64,000 nt of DNA from an uncultured Erysipelotrichaceae bacterium. Lineage in GTDB: Bacteria > Bacillota_I > Bacilli_A > RF39 > UBA660. The position numbers and the translations under genes were made by a program. Under the pieces are notes generated by a model. That model saw only the letters and a program-made list of their open reading frames with translations. It ran no database searches and had not been told where the DNA came from. Positions 10,184-19,951 of the stretch are shown here, one piece after another. The DNA lies in assembly GCA_902789225.1 (NCBI GenBank), contig CADANC010000002.1:103167-167166 (forward strand), given 5' to 3'. Position 1 is the stretch's first letter; each line of letters opens with the position of its first letter.

Positions 10184-10470
10184 CTTTTCTTTACTCCAGA
10201 CGCTTCTTTTAATACATTTTCAATACTGTCATCATTAAATAATACTACATTATTAGAAGTGTTTTCATTATCAGAATTGGCTTTCTTTCCTTTATAATGA
10301 TAATAAACATCCTTATAATAAACATTTCTACCAACTATAGTAACTGGATCTTCAATTTCTTTTAATTTAAGAGTAGTACCTATTTCATATACTTTTGTCT
10401 TTTTATCAAAGTTTTCATTATGTGAAAATTCATTTATATCAGTTATAAATCTATCTATATTATTATTCAT
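10180..10470 (-). CDS. DUF4176-like small protein (T7SS effector-associated)
   Basis: EIGTTLKLKE...VTIVGR...YYHYKG...LFNDDSIENV resembles the DUF4176 pattern PIGSVVxLK..MIxGR..YDY.G..FNxEDI; lies between the effector and the ARH gene. Confidence 0.6.
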   Translation of the reverse strand: MNNNIDRFITDINEFSHNENFDKKTKVYEIGTTLKLKEIEDPVTIVGRNVYYKDVYYHYKGKKANSDNENTSNNVVLFNDDSIENVLKEASGVKKR

Positions 10471-10506
10471 ATATGGCTCCTTTTTGTATTTATTATAACA
10501 TAATTA

Positions 10507-13500
10507 CTAATACAATATACATGGTACTATTACGAATTCTTTACGATATTTTTTATTATCTCTTGGATTAGTTAGTTCTATTTTTTCCATGTATGGTTCT
10601 TGTATACATACTAATTCTTGATTTGGACCTATAATTACTTCGTTTTGAATATATCCACCTACTGATGAGAATGGTTCTATATATGATGCTGAACTTCCTT
10701 CAGGAACAATAATTTTTAAAATTATATTTCTATCTCTATATTCAGGGCTTGAGGCTATTACTTGTAAATCTTCTAAGCTTATTGTTGTGCTTTTAAATCC
10801 AACTTTACATGAGTCACCAACATCAATTAATTTTCTCTTTTTTGCTCCTGCAAAATCAGCTGCCATTTGATATGTTGTTATTGTTGCAGGAATTCTATTG
10901 TTATTAATATATAAAACTAAATTAGCTAATGCTTCTGATGTTGTTGTATCTATTCCTAATTCTTCCTTATATAATGATGCTAAATCTACTTTTTCAGGTG
11001 TTTTAAGGGCTTGTTGGAACAATTTATATCCATCCATTATTGTATAGATATATATAGCATTTCTCTCTGCTTCAGTCATATTTTCTAGCATCTTTTTATA
11101 TAATCCGGTATCAAAATTTGACATAATAGTAGCAATCAACATATTCTCTTCTTCTGTTAAAATCGGTAATGCTTCATTTGCCTTCATGAAATCATTTACC
11201 ATCTGTTCTAGATCTATCTCGTCATTTGTTAATCCTTTATATGCGAATGCTGTTGTTAAAATATCAAAACCTTCCTCACTTAATTGTAATCCAGAATTCT
11301 TAAGCTCTGATTTTATTTTCATCTTTAACAATTCAAAATTTCTTTTTGGAGAAACTCTTTCTAATACTCTAAATTCATCACATATTGAATCAATTTTATT
11401 TACATATTTAAGTTTTATACCTAGTCTTTCAGCAATTGTAGCATTAGACATTATATTAAATAAAATTCCAGCTGGATTACTAAAAAACTCTGCTGCTCCA
11501 TTTCTATCTTTAAATTCAATAACACTGTGTCCTGTTTTCTCCATTAAATACTTTTGGAATGTAAGATTTGGATTGATTTTTAATTCTTCTAAGAAATCTC
11601 TTACTAGACCAACATCTTTTGTAGTTATTTCTGATTCACCTACATCTTCTACAATTGGAGTAGCAATATTGTTTGCTAATTCAGTTAGTGTTGGTGTATT
11701 TGAATCATCCGCTTCAATAACATGAGTTGAATCAAGTGATAATGTAGTAGGTGCTGCAACATCAATGTCTTCACTTGTTGTTGGGCCAAGATTTTGGTTT
11801 GAATCATTGATTGTTGGAGCCACCGTTGGTCCTGTTATGTTGTCTGCTAATGATAAATCTACTTTATAAACAGCACTTCTACTATGGCTATATCTTCTTA
11901 AACTTTCAGGAATAAATCTATATTTTTTACTCCATGATGATACTATTATTTCACCTGCTTCAGTTACTCCTGTTATTAACATGGCATGTCCACCGACATT
12001 TTCCTTAATTCTTCCTACAGTTCTAGAACTTGCTGTTGCTGCATCTACATTTTCACCAGTTTGTGAGGATGTACTAAGAAGTTCTAAATCGAATTCGGCT
12101 GCTGAAAGAATGTGGAAAGATCCTGGACTTGAAACTATTGAAGATAATAGGTTTGCTCTTGCGTTTGGTCCTGCATCAAAATGCTTTGTTTCTAATTTTA
12201 TTCCTCTCTCAGCTAGATATTCAGTTATGTATTTTACATATCTTCCTTTATAACCTAAGTTATCTATAATACCTGCTTTTAAATTTTCTAATTTTCCATT
12301 AGTTTCTTTTGCTACACCTGAAATGCAGAAAGATATTGCTAGAAATTCTTCTGTATATTTTCCATCTATTTGCATAGGAATTCCAAATGCTCTCTCATAT
12401 ATTTCTGCTCCATTTTCAATAGATGATAGATATTGTGTTACCGTATTTGCAAAAGCCATATAAGCACATCCTGATGGACCATACAGTTTAGCTAATCTCA
12501 TTTTTATAATTCTTTGTTCTCTATAAGACATTGTTGCTAATTCAGGGAAGAAGGTACTAATCATATCGCTGATACGGCTTCCCATCTCCATTTCAAACAT
12601 ACTAACGCTTGAATTGAAGAATGAGTCTAAATATAATTCTGGATTGCCTTGATAGCCACCATAAACATCTCCAGCAAACAAACCATCTGTTAAAGTCTTT
12701 ACTCCTGCAAATAACCCTTGTGTATTTTCTACTTTTTCTATAGTAAGTGAGTTAAAATCCATACGTTTTGTTTTTAGTTCTGATATTATGCTGTTTAAAT
12801 CTATGACTCCACCTTGTGAGGCTACATATAATACTTTTGTTATTCCGTCTTCAATATAAGTCATCTTATATAGGCTGTTATCATCTACACTTACACCATC
12901 TACCATGTCTATCTTCATATCGCCTAAATATGTGATTGATTTTAGTTCTGCAGTCTGTCCAGTTTGGTGATCATAACCAAAATCTATACCTCCATATTGA
13001 CTTTTCTTTATTGCTGTATATTCTATACCATCTACTACATATGTTGCTTGATATAGTCCTTGTTGTAGATTTCCAACATATAAAACATCGCGAACTAGAT
13101 TAGGCGTAAAGCTAATTATTTTAAAGTTGCCACTAATTATTGATTCAACCATAGTAGAATCTCTAAAGCATTCTGAAATACTAATTTCTACTTTATCGTC
13201 AATACTAAATGGAGTTGATACCTGTATAGTGGTTGTTTCACCATTTGCTTCTATAGTTAAATTATAATGTGAATATGATGAATCAGCTATTATTTTAACT
13301 CTAGCATCAGAATCTATAATCATATTTGGTTGTAAACTTTGTGGTGCTGAAGCTATTACTTTATGCGCTATATTTTCTTTTATAGTCTTAAGATTGTTTC
13401 CTAAACTAAAGATTTTACTATCTAACTCCGCTATTCCTGACGAATAGTTACCTAGTGATTGGAATAGTTCATTAACAGAATAATAAAGGGTTGAATTTGA

Positions 13501-16500
13501 TTCAAAATCACTTACGCTTGTTACTTGAGTAAGTTTTTCAAATAAAGCTGCAACTGAAGGATTAAATCTATTATCAATTACACTACTTTTTATATCTAAA
13601 CTACTTAATCCTTCTAAGAATGTAGTCATTTCACCAGCATCAAAAGTTCCTATAGTTGAAACAATTGCATCATTTGCTATCCACCAGTTTTGTGTATCTT
13701 TCATTCTTGAAATAACTGTTGCTAATTCTGAAGCGGTCATACTATTAATAAATTGTCTCATTGCTGAAGTATTCATTATTTTATCGAATGATTGTTGAGT
13801 GCCAGAAGTTAAATAAGGTAATAGCATTCTTGCTTTTGAATCAGTATCTAAGTTCATAGTTAATAATGAATCTATTTTTGTACTTCCAGCTAACTTATTT
13901 AAGAATACTGGATCTTTAATTAATTCAAATGTAATATCATTTCCAAGTTGAGAATAAATAGGTGACTTCATTAATGTATTTAAGAATACTTCTTTAAATA
14001 TTTCCGATGTACTAAATATTGCTGGAGGTGAAGTTGTGTTTTTAATGTCATTGATTATTCTCTTATTAGATTCAAAGTTTTGGCTTCCAGGTTGTAATGC
14101 TTGTACCCTCATGTAAACATATTGGAAACCATCGACAATCTTAAATGCAGTTTCACAGATTTGTGAATTGGAATGCGCTGGAATAATATTCTTTAATTTA
14201 GCTGCTAACTCAGGGTGTTCACTTAGATAATTCATATTAGCAAAATTACTAATTAAATCTGTATAGAAACTATCTATTACACTACTCCATTGACCATTTC
14301 CTAAATTGCTATATAAAACATCAAGATTTAATGAGCTACAACTATCCAAAAACTCTGAAAGTTGTTCAGCATTATATCCAAAAATAGTATTTTTTATTGT
14401 TGGGCTTACTATCCAACTATATGTGTTTGAACCCATATTAGTAAGTAAATTACCTAATTGAGTTGGTGACATATTTTGTATGAGATTTGCTGCACCTCTA
14501 CTGTGATATAAGTATGTACTAAAATGAGTTGGAGTCAACACTGAGAATATGGATTGTTCTCTTGATATTGATTTTGATGCTTCTTCTAAATGTACATCTA
14601 AAACCCATGTTCTATCTTCTAATAGACATTGTGCAAATATTGGATTTTCTAATAATTTTAATAAAATACTAGTATCAACAGTTGAATTAAATTTTCCATT
14701 ATTCATTAATTCACGAATAAACCATCTGTGGAAAGTATCAACATCTGCAAATTTTATAGGAACATCTGTTGCAGAAATATTGTTTACTGCATCTAAAATA
14801 CTTAGTGCTTCACCAACTTTTACAAAATTTATTGTATCTGCATACCTTTCGAATTGATTAGCTTCTATGTTTGAAGTGAATGTTGAATATAACATACTTG
14901 AGAAGTCTTGTCCTAGTATTGTATATAAAGAATGTATATTTTGAGATGATCCTGTCAACATTAATTGGGTATAATTAGCAATTATTTCATGGTATGCTGC
15001 TATTTCTCTATCTATAGCTGTTCTTGGTCTAGTTTTTTTCTTATCATAATAGTCATAATAATCTGCTGAATGTCTATAAGTTATATATATTTGTCTTCCA
15101 CTAAGATCTTGATTTCTACCATAAGTTAAAGCACTTATAATATCAGATAATGCACACGCATCAGAAAATTTTGTTCTTGCTATTCTATCATTAATTTTTG
15201 ATATATTAGCATTAATTATTGCTTGAGCAGCTTTATTTGCATCAAATCCATTATTATTAAAATCATTAACTAGATTTTCTATTAAATCAGAATGGTATCC
15301 AAGCTTTACTAATGTTTCTGTAAGATTGTTTATTGTTGTTTGTTTCATAAATACTGCTTTAAAACCTAGAGATCTAGCTAGTGACTGTTTATATTGTGCT
15401 ATTGTTTTTCGTTTAGTTCGCATCAATTCGTCTTCATAATCGATTTGTGCTTGTGACTCACAATATTGTTGTACTTGAGATAAATAGTTCTCTAATTGTC
15501 CCAGTGTATGTGCGGCATTTCTATCATATGTCATTCTATTTCTTGCATCCTGAGATGCACTATACCATGTTGTAGGAATTATTTCGTGAGAAATATAATA
15601 GTATAAGGCATGTCCTAATTCGTGCATGATAGTTCCTTGATCTAGCATAGCTGTATGAAGTTTACCAATTTCTATATTTGATCCAGATGAACTAAAGTGA
15701 CAATCTGAATATGTTTGTGAAGTTATGCAAAAATTAGGGTCCATTTGTTTTATTTTCATTATTGTTCTTATAACTTGAGGTGCATATGGATTCCCTTTAG
15801 TATATGCCATTGATAGTGTTTGGTATAGCAAAGATACTGCTTTAGGATCACTTTTTCTTCCTGAGTCTAATGCATTCTGGAACTCAGTAAATAATATGTT
15901 TGTGATTTGTATTGATTCAAAATAAGCATTATTTACTCTCTCTATTGCTCTAGCAAATTCAAATTCATCTACTCTATATAACATAGGTTCTGTGATTGTT
16001 CTTGATAAATCTTGAAAGTTTCCTGTTCTACCAATTTCAGTTAGGTATGTTAATACATCTTCATAAGTTTGGAACCTTGATCCACCGGCATATGCTTTTG
16101 CTACTTCGATCATTTTTTCTTGTAATTGTAATACTTTATTATAAGAAGTTATTCCTTCATATATAGACGTATAGTCAAATTTTCCAGTAAATGATGCGTA
16201 TTTATTATAATTTACTTTTATTGTTTCTAATTCAGAATAGTTAAAATCTTTAGGGAACTTTATATCTTGCAATTGCTGTCCACTGATATATGCTTCTACT
16301 AATCTTGAAGCTTCCGCTGGGGTAATTTTACATTCTTTAGCAACATTATCTATTGCATTTTGTATATCAACATTCATTTTATTAGTTATATTTCCATTTA
16401 TTCTATCTAAAGCAGTTGTAACTTCAGAAATACTGTATCGACTTATGATAGATCTGCAATTGGCCCTAGTTGTAATAAGATTTTTTTGTCCTGTTCGTAC

Positions 16501-19500
16501 ATAATCATACATTTGTTTAAGAGCTCCCACTGTTGTTAAATCTAGTCTTTCTCCAGTTTTTACCATTGCTAATAATGTATCATTATATATTTGTTGTTCT
16601 CTTGTAATATTTGATAAATCTCCAGGAGGGTGAAATTGTCCTGAGTATAGTGAAGTTGGTCCACTGTATTCTTGTGCTACCTTTACAGTTTCTGCTATAG
16701 ATGGAGCTTCAAAGCCGTGAATGATACCACTTATTCTTCTAATAATTTCTTCTTTAGTTATTTGTTTTGCTTGTTGTTCTACAAGGCCAAATTCAATTAG
16801 TTTGTAAGCATCTAGCGCTTCTTGTTCTTGTTGTGTTAATTCTTCTCCATTCATTTGTTTAGCTACTGCATCGTTAAATACAGCTCCAGCTTTTAATGAC
16901 TGTAATGCCTCTTGAAATGTAGCACCACTTTGTATTTGTCCAATTACCTCTTTAATTGAATATCTATCATTAACTTTTTCTGATGCCTCTTGTTGTGCAA
17001 CATTATAATTAATAGCGTCAATAAATTGTTGAGATGCTGTTTTACTCGTATCGATATGACCATCATACATACCGTTTGCTATACCATATGAAGTAAGAGC
17101 TGTTGTTTTGGCACTTCCGAATGCACCGAATACCAAACCTGAGAAGAAACCTCCTTTAAATGCTTGGATTAATTGGTCACGAAAGTCATCTCTTAATCTC
17201 ATACCAATTTCTTCATCAGTTAATCCTAATTTTTTGTAATGCTCTGCTGCTACCTCTATTTTACTTTTATCTTTAGCAATAACTAAATCAAAGAATGTAT
17301 TCAATAATTCAGTACAAAATTCTTCTTCACCTTCTGCAATTCCTTGACTAATTGAACCTGCTACACAAAAAACTAATTTTGAAACAAAATCTTGTGCTGC
17401 TTTACTTGTAAATAAATCTCCACACCTACCAGCTAAACTTTTTGTTACTGAGCCTAACGCTCCTTCTAGATTAAATAAGTGTCCTAATGAGTATGATTCC
17501 ATTGCAGTTTCAACAATAGCAGATGTTGTTGCTAATAAAACAGCTTGGGCATCTGTTAATCCTCTATCAAGTGATTCATTTAATGTTGAAACATATGCTC
17601 TTGAACCCATTAAAGTAGCACTTAATATTGCATTAACAGCCAATCCTGCTCCACCGGTAAAATAAGTAACCGCTATTAAAGATAAGGAATCTGCCATAGA
17701 CATACCTGTATCATATACAAATTGCCATGTTTCTCCGTATTTATCTCCTATGTTATAGCTTACTCGTTGTCTCATTGTGTCGCCAGAACTATAAACATCA
17801 CATCTTGCTATTTTATATCCTTGTGCTACAGCACTATATGAATGAATAGCTGCACTAATTCCTTCAAATGGTGTTCCTATTACTGACCATAATGAGGCTA
17901 AGAAAGGATGTTTATCGGCAAATTCTTGATCTAATTCTTGTTGACGATATAGCCATCTTTCATCTAGTTTATCAGCTAAATTTACTTCTTCATCATTTAT
18001 GAAGTTTAAATAATCATATAATTCTTCTATAGGGTGTTCTGAGGTGTTCATTATATAATTAAGAACAGCTATTTCTTCTTCTGATAATGGTAAATTTCCC
18101 TCTCCATCTCTTTGTGATAGCCAATCTATATAGTGTTGAAGTAATGGATCATCTGAGGCATATTGATAAGCTTGACCATTCTTAAATACATATGCTGAAG
18201 GAGGAATCTCTCCATTTGCCATAGCTAAAATTAATCTAACTATATCTTCTTTGTTGTTAATAAATTTTGTTTGTGGGCCACCATTATATGTCCATGCATA
18301 TGGTTCATCATCTGGAATAATGTTATTAATATAGTCTGTATTAGCTGGATCATATGAACAGTTGTCTAAAAAGTCATCATTTCTAGTATATTTTCTAATG
18401 TTGTTTTCATAATATAGGTATTCATTTTCTACATAATTTTTTACGCCTCTACAATATTCTATTTCGCTAACTAGTGCATCTATTCTTGCATCTAATTCTG
18501 CTACTCTTTTTGCTCTACTTTCTCTATGTTCAGCGGCTTTATCTAACATATCAAGATAGAATTCTCTTGTAGCTTCATCATAGTTATCCCATCTATGAAC
18601 TACTTCATCATCTCTAAACCAATGATCTATTGTTTGTTCATAGCAATGTTCTTTTATTTGTTGTAAATACTCACTATCACCATACATTTCTTCATAAGTT
18701 AGTGGGGTATACATATAATTGCTACCATAGTTTCCTTGATAAGCCATATCATCGTATGGGTTTGAATATACATATTTGGTTTCATCTGTATCCGGATCAA
18801 CATATGACCATGCTACAGGTTGATTCAATGCTTGTTCTAGAGTATATCCTTCATTTAATTTTATTATTATTTGTTCTACTGCATCTAATTCATGATCATC
18901 AGCTTTATTTCTTTCTTCTATTAATTTTGCTAATTCAGTTTCTTTGTCATTTAGATATGCATCAAGTTCTTCCATGCTATTAAATACAAAGAACGGATAA
19001 TCTTTTGATCTTATTGATTGAATCATGCTATTTTCAACCAATTTTTTATATCGTTCACTACCTATTTTATCTGCTTGTATTTCTTCAAATAGTTGTTTAA
19101 CTGTTATTTGGCCATTTAAAATTTTATTTATATCTTCTTGCTCAATACCAAGAGAAGACAATTGGGCAACAAAGTCATCTGTTATATCTTCTGCTGTTAG
19201 AGTACCATCAACATCATGTCCAGTAATTATATATGCTCTTCCATCATGAAAGAAATATTCGTTATCTGGAATATCTTCAGGGGCATACATTGACATACCT
19301 GTACCTGCTACTTTTATTTCAGTACCTTCTCCTTTGCCCATTCCTGTGTTTGAACCACCTGCTGTATTTTTTCCTGCATTTCCCCCTTCATAGCTAGCAT
19401 CTGGGCCATCACTTGCTTTTAAGTCAGGTCCGTTACCATCTGTGCCGCCAGCTTTAATTTCTCCTCCAGAAGTCATTTGCATATCTGTACCAGCCCCGTT

Positions 19501-19857
19501 ACCACCGGCTTCACCACCAGTACCTCCTGTTTCAAATGAAGTTGATCCTGTTTGATTTGCATTTCCTCCTGTGCCACCTGGATTTGCTCCACCATCACCT
19601 GATGGATTATAAGCTGATGAGTCTTCTCCACCTGATTGGCCTAGACCTTCTGTTCCATCACCGGCTACTTTATCTGATGTAGTCTCTGGGTTTCCACCTG
19701 GTCCATCTGACTCTTCTGTAAAGTCATAAGATTCAGTCTCTTGGCTTGGGTCTACACTTGTATTTTGAGTTGTTGTGTCAGTTGTTACTTGACCACTTTT
19801 TGTTTGACCTGATGCATCAATATCACCACCAATAAAACCTTTTATTACAAAACCCAT
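10507..19857 (-). CDS. Giant (~3116 aa) multidomain putative polymorphic toxin: Gly-rich N-terminus, hydrophobic region, HEXXH metallopeptidase-like, papain/C39-like and C-terminal ADP-ribosyltransferase-like domains
   Basis: Motifs HELGH, GCAYMAFAN...GGHAMLITGV...SSW and AIYIYT...GFKSTT...IIVPEGS...YI...QNEVII. ATG at 19857 preferred because the track's GTG at 19866 lies within the AGGTG SD. Confidence 0.8.
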   Translation of the reverse strand: MGFVIKGFIGGDIDASGQTKSGQVTTDTTTQNTSVDPSQETESYDFTEESDGPGGNPETTSDKVAGDGTEGLGQSGGEDSSAYNPSGDGGANPGGTGGNANQTGSTSFETGGTGGEAGGNGAGTDMQMTSGGEIKAGGTDGNGPDLKASDGPDASYEGGNAGKNTAGGSNTGMGKGEGTEIKVAGTGMSMYAPEDIPDNEYFFHDGRAYIITGHDVDGTLTAEDITDDFVAQLSSLGIEQEDINKILNGQITVKQLFEEIQADKIGSERYKKLVENSMIQSIRSKDYPFFVFNSMEELDAYLNDKETELAKLIEERNKADDHELDAVEQIIIKLNEGYTLEQALNQPVAWSYVDPDTDETKYVYSNPYDDMAYQGNYGSNYMYTPLTYEEMYGDSEYLQQIKEHCYEQTIDHWFRDDEVVHRWDNYDEATREFYLDMLDKAAEHRESRAKRVAELDARIDALVSEIEYCRGVKNYVENEYLYYENNIRKYTRNDDFLDNCSYDPANTDYINNIIPDDEPYAWTYNGGPQTKFINNKEDIVRLILAMANGEIPPSAYVFKNGQAYQYASDDPLLQHYIDWLSQRDGEGNLPLSEEEIAVLNYIMNTSEHPIEELYDYLNFINDEEVNLADKLDERWLYRQQELDQEFADKHPFLASLWSVIGTPFEGISAAIHSYSAVAQGYKIARCDVYSSGDTMRQRVSYNIGDKYGETWQFVYDTGMSMADSLSLIAVTYFTGGAGLAVNAILSATLMGSRAYVSTLNESLDRGLTDAQAVLLATTSAIVETAMESYSLGHLFNLEGALGSVTKSLAGRCGDLFTSKAAQDFVSKLVFCVAGSISQGIAEGEEEFCTELLNTFFDLVIAKDKSKIEVAAEHYKKLGLTDEEIGMRLRDDFRDQLIQAFKGGFFSGLVFGAFGSAKTTALTSYGIANGMYDGHIDTSKTASQQFIDAINYNVAQQEASEKVNDRYSIKEVIGQIQSGATFQEALQSLKAGAVFNDAVAKQMNGEELTQQEQEALDAYKLIEFGLVEQQAKQITKEEIIRRISGIIHGFEAPSIAETVKVAQEYSGPTSLYSGQFHPPGDLSNITREQQIYNDTLLAMVKTGERLDLTTVGALKQMYDYVRTGQKNLITTRANCRSIISRYSISEVTTALDRINGNITNKMNVDIQNAIDNVAKECKITPAEASRLVEAYISGQQLQDIKFPKDFNYSELETIKVNYNKYASFTGKFDYTSIYEGITSYNKVLQLQEKMIEVAKAYAGGSRFQTYEDVLTYLTEIGRTGNFQDLSRTITEPMLYRVDEFEFARAIERVNNAYFESIQITNILFTEFQNALDSGRKSDPKAVSLLYQTLSMAYTKGNPYAPQVIRTIMKIKQMDPNFCITSQTYSDCHFSSSGSNIEIGKLHTAMLDQGTIMHELGHALYYYISHEIIPTTWYSASQDARNRMTYDRNAAHTLGQLENYLSQVQQYCESQAQIDYEDELMRTKRKTIAQYKQSLARSLGFKAVFMKQTTINNLTETLVKLGYHSDLIENLVNDFNNNGFDANKAAQAIINANISKINDRIARTKFSDACALSDIISALTYGRNQDLSGRQIYITYRHSADYYDYYDKKKTRPRTAIDREIAAYHEIIANYTQLMLTGSSQNIHSLYTILGQDFSSMLYSTFTSNIEANQFERYADTINFVKVGEALSILDAVNNISATDVPIKFADVDTFHRWFIRELMNNGKFNSTVDTSILLKLLENPIFAQCLLEDRTWVLDVHLEEASKSISREQSIFSVLTPTHFSTYLYHSRGAANLIQNMSPTQLGNLLTNMGSNTYSWIVSPTIKNTIFGYNAEQLSEFLDSCSSLNLDVLYSNLGNGQWSSVIDSFYTDLISNFANMNYLSEHPELAAKLKNIIPAHSNSQICETAFKIVDGFQYVYMRVQALQPGSQNFESNKRIINDIKNTTSPPAIFSTSEIFKEVFLNTLMKSPIYSQLGNDITFELIKDPVFLNKLAGSTKIDSLLTMNLDTDSKARMLLPYLTSGTQQSFDKIMNTSAMRQFINSMTASELATVISRMKDTQNWWIANDAIVSTIGTFDAGEMTTFLEGLSSLDIKSSVIDNRFNPSVAALFEKLTQVTSVSDFESNSTLYYSVNELFQSLGNYSSGIAELDSKIFSLGNNLKTIKENIAHKVIASAPQSLQPNMIIDSDARVKIIADSSYSHYNLTIEANGETTTIQVSTPFSIDDKVEISISECFRDSTMVESIISGNFKIISFTPNLVRDVLYVGNLQQGLYQATYVVDGIEYTAIKKSQYGGIDFGYDHQTGQTAELKSITYLGDMKIDMVDGVSVDDNSLYKMTYIEDGITKVLYVASQGGVIDLNSIISELKTKRMDFNSLTIEKVENTQGLFAGVKTLTDGLFAGDVYGGYQGNPELYLDSFFNSSVSMFEMEMGSRISDMISTFFPELATMSYREQRIIKMRLAKLYGPSGCAYMAFANTVTQYLSSIENGAEIYERAFGIPMQIDGKYTEEFLAISFCISGVAKETNGKLENLKAGIIDNLGYKGRYVKYITEYLAERGIKLETKHFDAGPNARANLLSSIVSSPGSFHILSAAEFDLELLSTSSQTGENVDAATASSRTVGRIKENVGGHAMLITGVTEAGEIIVSSWSKKYRFIPESLRRYSHSRSAVYKVDLSLADNITGPTVAPTINDSNQNLGPTTSEDIDVAAPTTLSLDSTHVIEADDSNTPTLTELANNIATPIVEDVGESEITTKDVGLVRDFLEELKINPNLTFQKYLMEKTGHSVIEFKDRNGAAEFFSNPAGILFNIMSNATIAERLGIKLKYVNKIDSICDEFRVLERVSPKRNFELLKMKIKSELKNSGLQLSEEGFDILTTAFAYKGLTNDEIDLEQMVNDFMKANEALPILTEEENMLIATIMSNFDTGLYKKMLENMTEAERNAIYIYTIMDGYKLFQQALKTPEKVDLASLYKEELGIDTTTSEALANLVLYINNNRIPATITTYQMAADFAGAKKRKLIDVGDSCKVGFKSTTISLEDLQVIASSPEYRDRNIILKIIVPEGSSASYIEPFSSVGGYIQNEVIIGPNQELVCIQEPYMEKIELTNPRDNKKYRKEFVIVPCILY

Positions 19858-19931
19858 ACTAAACACCTACTCTATTCTTATTCTATTATACTATTATTAG
19901 TATACCAAAATTCCTATCACTTTCAAAGAAA

Positions 19932-19951
19932 AAAGCAACAAAATGTTGCTA
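19932..19951 (-). terminator. Intrinsic terminator after the 214-aa ORF
   Basis: agcaaca-aaa-tgttgct hairpin followed by a T-run on the minus strand. Confidence 0.55.

Noticed and set aside
19300-19820. GC-richer stretch that might suggest an RNA gene or foreign insert
   Set aside because: It is the Gly-rich in-frame N-terminus of the giant ORF.
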